From the NCBI GenBank assembly GCA_013112715.1, contig JABFGB010000013.1, positions 74,599-138,598 of the forward strand: a stretch of 64,000 nt of DNA, written 5' to 3'. Below the pieces are notes generated by a model, which did not search any database, was not told where the DNA came from, and saw only the letters and a list, made by a program, of their open reading frames with translations. The stretch's first letter is position 1; each line of letters starts with the position of its first letter. The position numbers and the translations under genes are program-made. Shown here one piece after another: positions 19,684 to 31,600 of the stretch. The stretch is from Chloroflexota bacterium (GTDB lineage: Bacteria; Chloroflexota; Anaerolineae; Aggregatilineales; J027).

Positions 19684-19760
19684 ATGTTAAACTAATTCTA
19701 CGACGATTGTTTATCTCGATCTATTGTGATAGGGTACTCAAGCTGGGGAGTTCTGACCTG

Positions 19761-20141
19761 ATGCCAGCGCGTATTTTGTACATCGAAGACAATTTTGAAA
19801 ATCGGTTGTTGGTGCGTCGGATTCTCTTGGCAGAAGGCTATGAATTTGAGGAGGCCGATAATGCGGAGTTGGGGATTCAATTGGCCTTAAAAAACCCACC
19901 CGACTTAATCTTGATGGATATTAGTATGCCGAATATCAACGGTTTGACCGCTACCCGCATGATTCGTGAAAGTTCGGCCCTACAGCGTATCCCGGTAGTG
20001 GCCCTAACAGCCAACGCGATGCAGTCTGACTTGGACACAACACTTGAGGCTGGCTGTGATGGCTATATAATTAAACCAATAGATATTGACCGCTTTTCAG
20101 ACCAGATTCTTCACTATTTGAGGAGCCGAAAAAGCGTATGA
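19761..20141 (+). CDS. Single-domain response regulator (CheY-like receiver)
   Basis: The ORF track gives 19707..20141. I prefer the ATG at 19761, which follows a GGGGAG SD and gives MPARILYIEDN. The receiver residues are present: ED pair, LILMDISMP, VVALTAN and IIKP. Confidence 0.85.
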   Translation: MPARILYIEDNFENRLLVRRILLAEGYEFEEADNAELGIQLALKNPPDLILMDISMPNINGLTATRMIRESSALQRIPVVALTANAMQSDLDTTLEAGCDGYIIKPIDIDRFSDQILHYLRSRKSV

Positions 20142-20569
20142 CCGATGCGAGACACCGCACTTCAGTTGACCCCGGCGAAGCGCATGTGCTGGTGGTAGAA
20201 GATAATGTGCCGAATTTTGTGTTGATCGCCCGTATGTTGGCTTTCATGGGAGTCCAACGCTGCGAGTGGAAGACATCTGGGTGGCAGGTCGTTCAGTTTG
20301 CCGATACGCTGCCCCGCATTGATCTCATTTTGATGGACATTCGGCTCCCCTATGAAGATGGCTACCAAGCATTGCAAAAGGTTCGCGCCCACGAACGCCT
20401 CCGTGATACAGTTGTTGTGGCCGTGACCGCCGAGGCGAACGAAGAACAAATGCGCAAGGCCAAAGAAGCAGGCTTTGATGGCTTTTTGGGTAAACCACTA
20501 GACCCTGATCGTTTCCCCTATCAGATTGAACGTCTATTGCAAGGGGAACAAGTATGGGAATGGAAATAG
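20138..20569 (+). CDS. Single-domain response regulator (CheY-like receiver)
   Basis: 143 aa. It has an ATGA start/stop overlap with the preceding receiver gene. Receiver residues are VLVVEDN, LILMDIRLP, VVAVTAE and LGKP. Confidence 0.85.
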   Translation: MTDARHRTSVDPGEAHVLVVEDNVPNFVLIARMLAFMGVQRCEWKTSGWQVVQFADTLPRIDLILMDIRLPYEDGYQALQKVRAHERLRDTVVVAVTAEANEEQMRKAKEAGFDGFLGKPLDPDRFPYQIERLLQGEQVWEWK

Positions 20570-20671
20570 AATGTTATTACTAGAATCTTTTAAATACTTA
20601 AGGGGATTTTCCTCATCCTATTAGACAGCCTATTGAGGAGAACTCAGTCGGTTTGAAACGGTGAAACTCGT

Positions 20672-21781
20672 ATGCAAGATGCGCTGGCTTATTTGGCTTC
20701 TCTCAGAACCATTATCCGCGATTTACCGTCCCAAGCAGCGCAGGTGAGCAGTCTGGAACAGTTTATCGAAACTGCTTTCCGGGTTGCTGAGACCGAATGG
20801 CCGTCCTTCACTAGCCACCGTTTGATTTCTCAAACATCCTCCCTATTATCTGCCACTCGCTCGGTTCGCTCCAATGGTGAAATTTGGTCTCTCCCCATTG
20901 GTGGCTATACCCTAGAGCTAACCCTCTCCGGACAGCATCCAGAATCTTTTTGGGAAGCAGGCCAATTATGGGCGCAAATCGTGACCCAACAGTGGCAGCT
21001 TCAACAAACCATTACCAGCCAGACACATACCGACTCGTTTCTAAGTGAGCGCCTCGAACTCTATGAGGGGCTTTCTCAGGTGGCCCAACGAGTTAGTGCC
21101 GAGCTTGCCAGTGAAGCGGTGCTGGTAGCAGCCTGTCAAAGTATTGTCGAGGCGCTTCAGGGGATTGACCATGTGGGGATTGTGATTAACGATCATGCCC
21201 CGGACTATGGCACAGTTTTGGCGGAATATCCCATTACGGGCGCGATTGGACAAAAGATTCAATTGGCGGGGTATGTGGTCTATGAAAAACAAAAAGAAAC
21301 CCTTGCGCCATTTGTCATTGACAATGTGGCCGAGGCGGTTGAGGAATTGGGGCCAAACCGCGAGACTCTCATGGCCTTTGGTATCAAGTCGGTCATGATT
21401 TTGCCACTGTTCGTCCAAAATCAATTTTTGGGTTCACTGGGGTTGGATGCACTGACCCAAGTCCATCATTTTACGGCAGCCGAGATCGAGATTTTGACCG
21501 CAATTGCAGCCCAAATTGCCGTCAGCATCCAAAATGCTCAATTATTTGAAGAAGCCCAGCGTAACGCTCGCTATCAATCTTTTATCAATTCCATCACGGC
21601 CAAATTTCAGGGAATTTCTGATGTCGAAACCATTTTAAGTACATCATTGGCTGAATTAAGCCGTATTTTGGGGGCTGACCGAGGATTCATTCGGATTGTG
21701 CCGTCGGTGGCGGATGAGTCCCTAGAACAGTCTTCGCCCGTCCACATGCCAGCCAATGATGATGAATGGGTAGAAATGTAA
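20672..21781 (+). CDS. Soluble GAF domain protein with no output domain
   Basis: 369 aa. The GAF core ends with the recurring signature SVMILPLFVQNQFLGSLGLDALTQVHHFTAAEIEILTAIAAQIAVSIQNAQLFEEAQ. No kinase, cyclase or HTH domain is present. Confidence 0.75.
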   Translation: MQDALAYLASLRTIIRDLPSQAAQVSSLEQFIETAFRVAETEWPSFTSHRLISQTSSLLSATRSVRSNGEIWSLPIGGYTLELTLSGQHPESFWEAGQLWAQIVTQQWQLQQTITSQTHTDSFLSERLELYEGLSQVAQRVSAELASEAVLVAACQSIVEALQGIDHVGIVINDHAPDYGTVLAEYPITGAIGQKIQLAGYVVYEKQKETLAPFVIDNVAEAVEELGPNRETLMAFGIKSVMILPLFVQNQFLGSLGLDALTQVHHFTAAEIEILTAIAAQIAVSIQNAQLFEEAQRNARYQSFINSITAKFQGISDVETILSTSLAELSRILGADRGFIRIVPSVADESLEQSSPVHMPANDDEWVEM

Positions 21782-23463
21782 TGCGTATAAATTTTATCTC
21801 TAACCTATTTCAAGTCCGATACCCCTACACGTCCCCTGACGACCTGCGCCGTGCCCGCACGATCTTGCTGTTAAGCGTGGTGATCGCTACGTTGCTCACC
21901 GCCACCATTTTGGCTTTGGCCGTCCAAGACCTTACGGGTAATGCAGCCATCCCAACCAGCTATACCTTACTGTTACTGCCCGTTACGGTTGCGATGATTG
22001 GCATCGGGTGGTTGGTGCAAATAGGCCGCTTGGCTGTTGCGGCTTACGCCATGACGTTGGCGATTGCCATTACCTATTTTACGACTTTTGTGCTGGATTA
22101 TCGCGCCGACAGTATCATCATTCTGCTGTTCATTGTGCCTATTCTCACCGCGAGCCTGTTGATTGGTGTCAGGGGGCTGCTGCTGTCAACGTTGTTTTTT
22201 GCAGGCGTGGCGATTACCACCTTGGCCTTTCAGACCAGTTCAAACTCATTTGAATCACCGATTCCCTCGCGTGAATTAGCTACTAATATCGCCACCGTTT
22301 TTTATCCCTCCCTGATACTTGCGGCAGTGTTGATCTATCAATTTCTCGACTATATTGCCGAATTCGTCAAGCGTTATGATAACGTTCAACAGTCAATTGT
22401 CGGCTTGACAAAGGTTAGTGCGGAGCTAAATGAAAAACGTTTAGTCTCGCAATCCCTCCAAGCGGTAGCCGACCTGATGCGCGTCGAACTAAAAGTTGAC
22501 CACGTGTTGATCTACCGTTTGCAGGGCGAAACACCTCGCCTTGTGCTGACTGCCGCGACTGGCCTCAGTGGTCAGCGGTTGCTGCGTGAGAGCTACCGTA
22601 TTGAACTTGATAACCCGAGTGGCCCTGCCCAAGCCTATCGCCGCAAATCGGCGGTGAATCTTAATCGGAATGTGTCTGTACCGCAGCGTGAGGCATTTTT
22701 GCCTTCGACCAACAGTGAATTGGCTTTCCCGCTCCTGACCAGCGACGGTCAATGTATCGGGGTGCTGGATTTGCAGCTTTCGAGTAACGTCATTCCGACG
22801 CAGGGGGAGGTTGAGCTTTATCAGGCAGCGGCGTATCAACTGGCAACGGCTCTACAACGTGAGACATTGGGAACGGATTTGGAGCAACTTCGCCAAGAAA
22901 TGGATGCGGCCAATGTCTCAGCACGGCGCTATCAGGCCGAAGTCAGCCGGATGAGCCAACAAAATGTCGGGATGGCGTGGGGGGCGTACCTATCCTATAG
23001 TGGCCGTCTCACTGCTTTTCAATGGGATAAAGGCACCTTGCGCCGCTGGCAACCTGCGACTACCCCCCTGCCAAATGCTCCTCAGTTAGATCAAACAGGC
23101 AGCGGTCAGCGCATGATGGTCCCGCTGACAGTTGGTTCTCAAACGATTGGGGAAGTTATTTTTGAAAACAGTAGTGAGGGGTGGTCAAGCCAAACCGTCG
23201 AATTTGTCAAAGAAGTGACCAACCGTTTGGCACTGGCCCTCGAAAATATTCGCTTGTTTGATGAAGTCCAGCGGGTGGCGGTGCGTGAACAGCTTGTGAG
23301 TCAGGTCTCGGCAGAATTGCAGGATGCACGTAATCTGGCTCGTTTGGTGAATGTGACCTCACAGGTATTTAATCGTTCGCTTGGTACTGACCAGACGCTT
23401 ATCCGACTGGGTGTACCTACCGAGATTGAAGCACAGCCCGGTGTTGAAATAGAGGTGAATTAA
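21781..23463 (+). CDS. Integral-membrane protein (5-6 TM) with two cytoplasmic GAF domains and no output domain
   Basis: The ORF track gives 21766..23463. The ATG at 21781 forms a TAATG overlap with the upstream stop. The N-terminal region has hydrophobic helices (LLLSVVIATLLTATILALAV and others). Two GAF signatures are present (ELAFPLLTSDGQCIGVLDLQ...AYQLATALQRE and MMVPLTVGSQTIGEVIFEN...TNRLALALENIRLFDEVQ). Confidence 0.75.
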   Translation: MRINFISNLFQVRYPYTSPDDLRRARTILLLSVVIATLLTATILALAVQDLTGNAAIPTSYTLLLLPVTVAMIGIGWLVQIGRLAVAAYAMTLAIAITYFTTFVLDYRADSIIILLFIVPILTASLLIGVRGLLLSTLFFAGVAITTLAFQTSSNSFESPIPSRELATNIATVFYPSLILAAVLIYQFLDYIAEFVKRYDNVQQSIVGLTKVSAELNEKRLVSQSLQAVADLMRVELKVDHVLIYRLQGETPRLVLTAATGLSGQRLLRESYRIELDNPSGPAQAYRRKSAVNLNRNVSVPQREAFLPSTNSELAFPLLTSDGQCIGVLDLQLSSNVIPTQGEVELYQAAAYQLATALQRETLGTDLEQLRQEMDAANVSARRYQAEVSRMSQQNVGMAWGAYLSYSGRLTAFQWDKGTLRRWQPATTPLPNAPQLDQTGSGQRMMVPLTVGSQTIGEVIFENSSEGWSSQTVEFVKEVTNRLALALENIRLFDEVQRVAVREQLVSQVSAELQDARNLARLVNVTSQVFNRSLGTDQTLIRLGVPTEIEAQPGVEIEVN

Positions 23464-23464
23464 C

Positions 23465-25657
23465 GTGGAACGCAATCTGCCCCGTCCTTTTGATTGGCCT
23501 TTGCGGGCGAAATTTGGCCTCGGTTTTCTGCTGACCATTTTGATTCCCTTAATTATTATTGGCATTATTGCTCTGACGTTGCGCTTTCAGGCCCAAACGA
23601 ATCAAGCCGAAGACACCGTTAAAATCATTACCGACACTAAAGTTAATACATTTACCCAGCGGCTTGACGACCTGACAACGACTTCTACCCATGAGGTAAC
23701 ACAGCCATACGATGTTGAACTCTATCAAGCAGCGCTCAACATCAACAGTACCAACCCCTCCGCCATTCAACAAGCGAATCAAACCCTTGACCGTATTTGG
23801 TCGAACAACTTATCGCTTGTGCGTATTCGCTTAATGCACCCCAGCCTGATTACCGTAGCACAGGCAGGTCAAGCGAATATCGAGGTCAATCAGAAGTCGT
23901 TAGAAATTATCAGTCGCAAGATTACCGCTACGACCATCGGCTCAATTTATCCCGGCCCATTCAATGAACCCCTGCTTGATATTATTGTGCCGATTCAGGT
24001 AGATAATCAGCAGATTGGCTATGTGGTGCTGACCCAAAACCTCGACAGCGAGGCGACGGACAATCTACCGAATATCTTGCGCGGCTTTGGCGAACAACCC
24101 GAACTCCAAAATTTGCCTGACGCCAACCTTTTCTTGTTGGATGAGAATGGCCTGTTGCTCGTAACCAGTGAGCGTGGGGTTTTGGTTTTCCAGAATTACC
24201 GTAGGCATCCGGCTTTGTCTGAAAGTAGCGCTCAACTTGACCCCCAACGATATGAAAGTCCCTTGTTACGAGCAGATGTGATTGGTACGTATCAGCGTGT
24301 AGGGGGTACATCGTGGATTCTGGTGACGGAAATGCGTTTTTCCGAAGTGGTCAACCCCCTCGTCAGCACTTATGTTCCTCTAGTAGTGGGTGGGGCGATT
24401 ATGCTACTGCTTGTTCCAAGTGCCGTGTGGTTACTGCTGACCTATCAACAAATTGTCCCGCCGTTGTCCCGCCTAAACCGTATGATGGTCGAATTTGCCC
24501 TAAGTGAACGCAACTCCGATTTCCCGACCCTTAAACGTTCCGATGAAATTGGGCAGGTGCATAATACCTTTGTAGACTTGACCACTGGCTTTCAAAACAG
24601 CGTCTCCGATGCCGAAGCCCGCCAAACGCGGCTATCCAAGCAAGTCGGCCTGTTTACGGATACGGCTAGTTTGCTGCGAACCGTCTCCGAAGCGAATGTT
24701 TTGCTTGAAGAATTTGTGCGCTCGGTGCGCCAACACTATCCTAATGTAGATTATGCCCAAGTATTTCTCATAGACGAGGCCACCAACACTGCTATCATGC
24801 GGGTTGGCACAGGTGAACAGGGTCGCCGCCTATTCGTACAGGGTTATCGTGTTGGATTGGATAATCAGACCCCAATCGGACATGCCGCTGTGTTAGGCCG
24901 TCCGGTTTTGGTTGTGGATTATGAAAAAGCACCAGCCTATACCAAGCATGAGATTTTTAGGCACACCCGCACCGAACTGGCCGTACCTATGTTTGCACGC
25001 GACCAACTAATCGGCATCTTAGATTTGCACAGCGTTGCGCCAGAGGCGTTTTCGGAACGGGACTTTACCTTTTTCTTGGCGTTGAACACCGAGCTTGCCA
25101 CTGGCTTATTTGGCCTGTTAGTCGGCGAGTTATCCTTAAATGGCGCGAATGGTGATAGTCAGAGTCTACAAGTGGCACGTGAAGGGTGGCAGGCATATTT
25201 CACGCAGCATCACGACCTTGCCTACAGCACCGGTGGACAACCCGCCGCGTTAAAAGATTGGACGTTTTTGCAAAAGCAGGCCATCCAACGCCGCAAACCC
25301 GTAACAGCCAAAGTAACCGAAAATCAGATCGCTTTTGCCTTACCAGTCGTTTTACGTGGTGAGGTGATCGGTGCGATTGAATGTACTGTTGAGGTAGCCC
25401 AATTTAATCAAGGGATGCTGCAAACGGCGGAAGAATTGGTGGAGCGGTTTGCAATTGCGGCGGAAAATGCGCGGTTGTTTGAACAAAGTCAGCAGTTGAT
25501 TGAACGCGAACGTCTGCTCAATGAGATTTCGCAAAAACTGAGCGTTCAAACCGATTTTCGACAGATTTTGCAGGTGGCGGTCAAGGAGTTGGGCCTTGCA
25601 CTCGGTACGCCAGAAACCACCATTTCGTTAAACATTGACCCATTGACCGCCCAATAA
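23465..25657 (+). CDS. Membrane sensor: TM, extracytoplasmic Cache-like domain, TM, HAMP, two GAF domains; no kinase or other output
   Basis: 730 aa. The GTG lies 1 nt after the upstream stop. TM1 is FGLGFLLTILIPLIIIGIIALTL. The extracellular region ends TSWILVTEMRFSEV, paralogous to VWTVIVSMEASEV in the giant kinase. TM2 and a HAMP-like segment follow, then GAF signatures (ELAVPMFARDQLIGILDLHS...; FALPVVLRGEVIGAIEC...AIAAENARLFEQSQ). Confidence 0.75.
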   Translation: MERNLPRPFDWPLRAKFGLGFLLTILIPLIIIGIIALTLRFQAQTNQAEDTVKIITDTKVNTFTQRLDDLTTTSTHEVTQPYDVELYQAALNINSTNPSAIQQANQTLDRIWSNNLSLVRIRLMHPSLITVAQAGQANIEVNQKSLEIISRKITATTIGSIYPGPFNEPLLDIIVPIQVDNQQIGYVVLTQNLDSEATDNLPNILRGFGEQPELQNLPDANLFLLDENGLLLVTSERGVLVFQNYRRHPALSESSAQLDPQRYESPLLRADVIGTYQRVGGTSWILVTEMRFSEVVNPLVSTYVPLVVGGAIMLLLVPSAVWLLLTYQQIVPPLSRLNRMMVEFALSERNSDFPTLKRSDEIGQVHNTFVDLTTGFQNSVSDAEARQTRLSKQVGLFTDTASLLRTVSEANVLLEEFVRSVRQHYPNVDYAQVFLIDEATNTAIMRVGTGEQGRRLFVQGYRVGLDNQTPIGHAAVLGRPVLVVDYEKAPAYTKHEIFRHTRTELAVPMFARDQLIGILDLHSVAPEAFSERDFTFFLALNTELATGLFGLLVGELSLNGANGDSQSLQVAREGWQAYFTQHHDLAYSTGGQPAALKDWTFLQKQAIQRRKPVTAKVTENQIAFALPVVLRGEVIGAIECTVEVAQFNQGMLQTAEELVERFAIAAENARLFEQSQQLIERERLLNEISQKLSVQTDFRQILQVAVKELGLALGTPETTISLNIDPLTAQ

Positions 25658-25686
25658 AACGCACCTGAGGCGTTCAAGAGGCTTTT

Positions 25687-28600
25687 ATGCAAGACCAAAA
25701 AATTCAGCCACATTCTAGTTCTGGGCCATTTCGTTGGTTCATTAACCGTCCCTTCCGCACACAACTGCTGACGATTATTGCGGCCTTTGTGGTGATGTCT
25801 TTCTTGGTATTGATTGCTGTCACTATCCAGATCAACAACGTCGTGCGCAACAACGTCAAAGACGACTTGAGCGAACATGCGGATGAAAACGGTGAGCAGT
25901 TGAGCGTCCCGTTTGAAATCGTAGCCGCCGACTTTGATAACCTTGCTACCAACTATATTACCCCTAGCATTGTGGATGTGCTTGACCGCCGCAGCACTAG
26001 CGGCGAGGTAGACAATCTCGCACGCGAATCGGTCACACGGAGATTCGACGAACTACTCATCGGGCGGCCCCTCTATCACGCGATTCGATTGGTCGGCACC
26101 AGTGGGCGTGAATTGGTGGCTGTCGAGCGTTCTGGACGGACAGGCAACATCGAGATTGTGTCAATCGCCGATCTCAGAAATCGCCGCAGCGAAGAATTTG
26201 TCCAGTCGGGCCTGCAATTGCGCCGCACAGGACAGTTCTGGATTTCGGATGTGGTGTTGGTGCGGGACGCCACTGGCCGTCCGACAGAACCCTTCCAGCA
26301 GATTATGACGCTGACCACGCCTATCCTTGACGAAACAAATAACGTAATCGCCCTTCTCGCCATAGATATGGATATAGATTGGCTTGTTCGGGGCATTACT
26401 GAACGTGAGAGCAGTGATGAAATTATTCATGTGGTAGATGAAGATGGTTATTATATTGCGGCCTCGGAGCAAGATTTACTCTATGGCCGCTCGACCGCGG
26501 TTGGTGAACAGCTAACGGGTTCACTGGCAAATACCCTGCTAACCGACCTCCCTCAAGAAGCCATTGAGTATCGCCAAAACAACACCGATTATTTAGCGGC
26601 CACTTCCATTATTCGACCCTTGTCCAGCCTATCAGATACGACCAGTCAGCCAGTATGGACGGTGATCGTGTCTATGGAAGCCAGTGAAGTCGCTGGCCCA
26701 ACACGCTTGGTACTGGGGACGTTCGCGTTCATATTTCTCGGCTTGCTGAGTGTCACAGGTATCTTATTGTGGTATGAGGCCACCCAGATTTCTCGCCGTT
26801 TTGAAGCTATTGGAGATGGCTTGGCACGGGTCAATCGAGGCGACTTGGCTGTCCGTCTCTCTGTTGCCGAAACCAACGAATTTGGTCGAGTTGCCACCTT
26901 GTTTAATGATGTCACCAAGCGCACCCAAACGTTGGTTGGTGAACTTCAGGCAAGGGTGCAAGCTCGTATTCGTGACCTTGACCTTGTCGCGGAAATCAGC
27001 CGCGAAATTACCGGGTTGCGTGACCAAAGCCTTGTTTTGAATCGCACTATTAACCGCATTGTTGAACAATTTGACTACTACCACTCCCAAGTTTTCTTAA
27101 TTGATGATCTGGGTGAATATGCTGTCTTAGTCGCCAGTACGGGTGAGGCAGGACAGCGCCTCCTTGCCAAAAAACATAAGTTGGCGGTTGGATCAAATTC
27201 CGTGATTGGCCGCGTGACCGCGCTTGGTGTTACGGTCATCGCAGGCGATACGACCTCCACTGAAGTCCCTTGGCAGCCCAATGTGGAATTGCCTAATACC
27301 CGTTCAGAAATGGCCCTGCCCCTCAAGGTTGAAGATCGGGTGATCGGTGCGTTGGATATTCAAAGTATTCGTCCCGAAGCCTACAGCCCGGAAGATATTG
27401 AAATCTTCCAAGTGTTAGCTGATCAATTGGCGATTGCGATCAACAATGCCCGCCTGATTGAAGAACTCGAACAGCGGGTGGATGAAGTTGCCTTGCTCAA
27501 TCAGCGCTTAACCGAAAAAGCATGGGAAGAATTTGCCCGTATCCAACCCGATGAAGTGCAGTTGGGCTATCAATATGACCTGATTGGTGTCAAGCCGATT
27601 CAACCGGATACACCAGAAAACGGCAATCTGCTGTCGCCGCCGCGTGACGAGCACTCCGTATACAGCACCCAAATTTCAGTAGGTGGTAAACCGATTGGAC
27701 AAATCGAGACCAAAGCGCCGCAACGTGCCCAATTGAGCAAAGATGAACAGGCCTTGATTGATGCGGTTGCGGTACGTGTGGCTCTCGCGGTAGACAATGC
27801 CCGCTTGTTCCAGCAAACCCAGATGGCGCTCGGAGAATCGCAGCGTCTCTATGAAATGGCCCGTACCGTCAGTAGTGCCGCCGAACTCAATATTGAAGCC
27901 GTTTATGCCCTTATCACGGAGCAGTTAAGCTATTATGAAAATCTGGATAGTCTAGCGATTTTGTTAGCTGATCCTTTCCCGTCGCACCTAGCGCCCAATG
28001 TTATTGTTGCCCATCTGTGGTCACGGATTGGCAGTATCTCCACTTGGGAGACTGGTCAACGTGTGCCTTTATTACAACAGGGTCTTTCGGCTCAATTCGA
28101 GCTTGCCCCCCGTAGCCCGATGCTCATTCATGCCCATGAATTGAACGATCTTGAGGGCAGCGACCAAATTTTGGGCTACCTGCTCAGGACGTTGAATGCC
28201 GACACGCTCTATCTTATGCCGTTGGTGACAGGTGCAAAATGGTTTGGTGTCTTGGTGTGCAGCAGTCAAACGCCACGCGCCTTTACCGAAAATTATATGA
28301 GTTTTACCTCAGCTGTCGGTGACCAATTGGCAATCGCGGTTGAAAACCGTCGTCTCCTCGAAGAAGTCCAAAAAGAAGCACGGCGAGCATTGGCATTGGC
28401 CGACGCAGGTCAGTTGGCGAGTCGTATCAGCACGGATTTTGAGTCTGACGTAAACCGCCTGTTCCGGGCAGTATCTGACCCCGGCGATTTTGACCGCTGG
28501 TGGTTTGGGGTGTTGGATACGGATGGGCAATCGCTCCGTCAAGTGGCAGCTTTTTCACCCCAAGAATCAGGTGACAGCCCCTTTATGCCGCAACGCATGA

Positions 28601-31600
28601 ACCTGAAGCGTGACCGTAATGCCATTACCGAATCCGTGCTAATTCGCCAAGTCGTTTTGGTCAATGAACGGGTTCATCCGACGTTTGGCAAACTTTCCGC
28701 CCAAGAACATATCGTGTATGGCAAGCATCTAGCTGTTCCCGTCATGACCAGCAACGAAGTGGTAATCGGGGCGCTCTTGATTGGTCGTCGTGCGTCACAG
28801 CATGATTTGGATGAACGCGATATTCAGTTGGCGACCACACTTGCCAGTCAGCTTGCTATTGCTACCGAAAATCAGCGCCTCTTTGCGGCGATTGAAAATC
28901 AACGCCAGACGCTGCAATCCACGCTTGAAGCGATGCCCGCCGGGGTGTTGTTGTTAGCCCCACGTGGCAACAGCCTGCTTTCCAATCAACGCGCCGTTGA
29001 TCTTTTTGGCGGTGGAGTCAATAAAGCTCTGTTTTCATCCAACACCTTCCCGATTTACAAGCTGGGCACAGATGAGCTTTACCCATCTGAAGAATTCCCC
29101 ACCACCATCGCCTTGCGTGAAGGGGCCATCGTCAGTGCGGAAAATATCTCGGTGGAATACCCGGATGGTCGTCGGGTGGACTTGCTCGCTAACGTCGCGC
29201 CGATTCGCAATGAGAGCGGCGAGATTTCCTCGGTGGTGGCGGTTTTCCAAGAAATTACTGAACTGCGCGAACTCGAAAAAGCATTGCAAGACAGCCTAAG
29301 CGAAACTACCGCGCTGTATGAGGCTAATCGTCAAATTACCTCCGCCACCAGCGTCAATGACCTCGCCAATGTGCTGGTCAATCAACTGCTGACCTTGATG
29401 CCCAATCAGGTCTATGTGGTTTTGCAGGAGGGTATGGATCGAGGGCCGCTGCAAACCCGTGTGGTGGCGGCATGGCCGGAAAGTTATGCGGGGGTCACTG
29501 ATGTCGATTTGCTGGCTCTGCCACGTAATTTGTTAATGAGCGAAGAGCCAATTATTGTTTCCAACATTGATCAGAGTATCGGTTTTCTTGACCAAACCCT
29601 TGAATTTAATATGCGCTTGCAGGCCATTCAAAGCGGTATCCAGTCGTTTGCTTCGATTCCGCTGCGGGCCAGAGGTCGTACTCTCGGTTGGTTCGCGGTG
29701 GTCTATTTCGATAAACATTCCTTTATGGCCGAAGATCGGCGCTTTATGACGGCCCTTGCTGACCAGACGGCCCTCGCATTGGACAGTATTTTCCTATTCC
29801 AAAGTACCCAAGATGCCCTGCGTGCGGTTGCCAATCTCTATCGCAGCAGTCGTCGTATTGCTGAAGCCCGCGATCTTGAGGAAATGCTGGATACTATCCG
29901 CACAGAACTGTTGAATTTCAATCCCGACCGGGTGGATGTTTTGTTGCAACGCACACAAGAAGACATTGCCTCGTTCTATTTTGGTTTAGAATGGAGTAAA
30001 GACCCCGTATTTGCTGAAATACCCAGTCTGCCCCTTGTGCCAAAAACAGGCGAACCAATTGGCGATTTCGACCCGATGACTCGTGATGAATATTACATCC
30101 AGTCTATTGATGACGAATCCGAAGCGACGATGAATCAGATCGTCCGTCAATTGCGGGCCATCCAAACCCCCTATCAGTCTATTCTAAGTGTGCCGCTGTC
30201 TGTCGGGGGTCGTGTTGTGGGGCGTATTTCGATGGGCTTCCGCGAAGTTCACATTTTCACCCCGGATGAATACCAATTCATCACTACATTGGCCGATGCG
30301 GCAGCCTATTTGGTTGAAAATGACCTGTTGTTCAGGCAGACGCAGGAATCATTGGAAGAAACGGGCGTCCTCTATCAAGCCAGCCGTGCCATTGCCAATG
30401 CCGAAAGTCGTGATGAAATTGTGCAGGCCGTGATTGACTATGCTGCTGATGCCCTCGTAGACAAAGTATTTCTGCTTGGTTTGCGTTCCGAAGATTGGAA
30501 CAGCGAAAACGCCGAACTCGAGATCGCTACGTCATGGGGCCGCGACCAATTAGTGGACTTGCAGGGACTACGGTTTACGCGCAACCAACTGCCCTTCTGG
30601 AATGACCTCGCAACCATCAGGATGAAGTGGGTGGATGATGTCACCCGCGATCCCGCGATCTCAACCGATGCCCGCTTGGGTTATAAGGCCTTGCGTATCA
30701 GTTCATTTGTGATTGTACCCTTACGCACCCCCACCCGCTTAATCGGCGCGATTTTGTTGGCCTCCGCCGAGACCCGCGAGCATCAAGAACGCGAAATCCG
30801 CATTTATCAATCATTGGCTGACTTAGCTGCTGTGCAGTTGGAAAACAAGCGCCTCTTTGAACAGACCGAACTGCGTGCCCGTCAATTAACGACCTCTGCA
30901 CAGGTGAGCCGTGCTGCGACGTCTATTTTGAATTTGGACGAACTGTTCCCGCGCGTCGTAGACCTCATCCGTGAAGCCTTCCAATATGACCATGTCCAGA
31001 TTTTCATGATAGATGCAACGGGACAGAATGCCGTCCTACGCGCTTCAACAGGTGAGGCAGGTCAAAAATTGTTGAGCCTGAACCACAGCCTACCCGTTGG
31101 GTCACGTTCCGTCATTGGACAGACCACCAGCCGGGGTATGCCCGTATTGGTAGCGGATACGGCGCTCAGTGAAACCCATCGCCCCAATCCCCACCTGCCC
31201 GATACACGATCTGAAATCGCCTTCCCCCTGATTGTGAAGGGTCGCGTTGTGGGGGCTTTGGACGTACAGTCGAATCAAGCAGGACTATTTACTGAGGACG
31301 ACGTACAGGCCTTGACCACAATGGCCGACCAATTAGCTGTTGCCATTGATAACGCTCAGTTATTTGAAATCTCCCAACAGCGTGCCGCTGAAATGGCCTT
31401 CTTGTTTGATGTCACGACCTTCGCCGCCGCCATGCCTAACCTTTCGGTGATGTTAGAAACGGTCAGTCAGGTCTTGGCAAATCGTATGGATGCGAGTAGT
31501 GTAGTCTTTTTCCTCAATGAGGTTGGACGCAATCGTTTAGCGGCCCAAGCAATGGTGATTGCCGTCCAAGAGGGTGATTCGCAGACCCTGCATTCGATTG

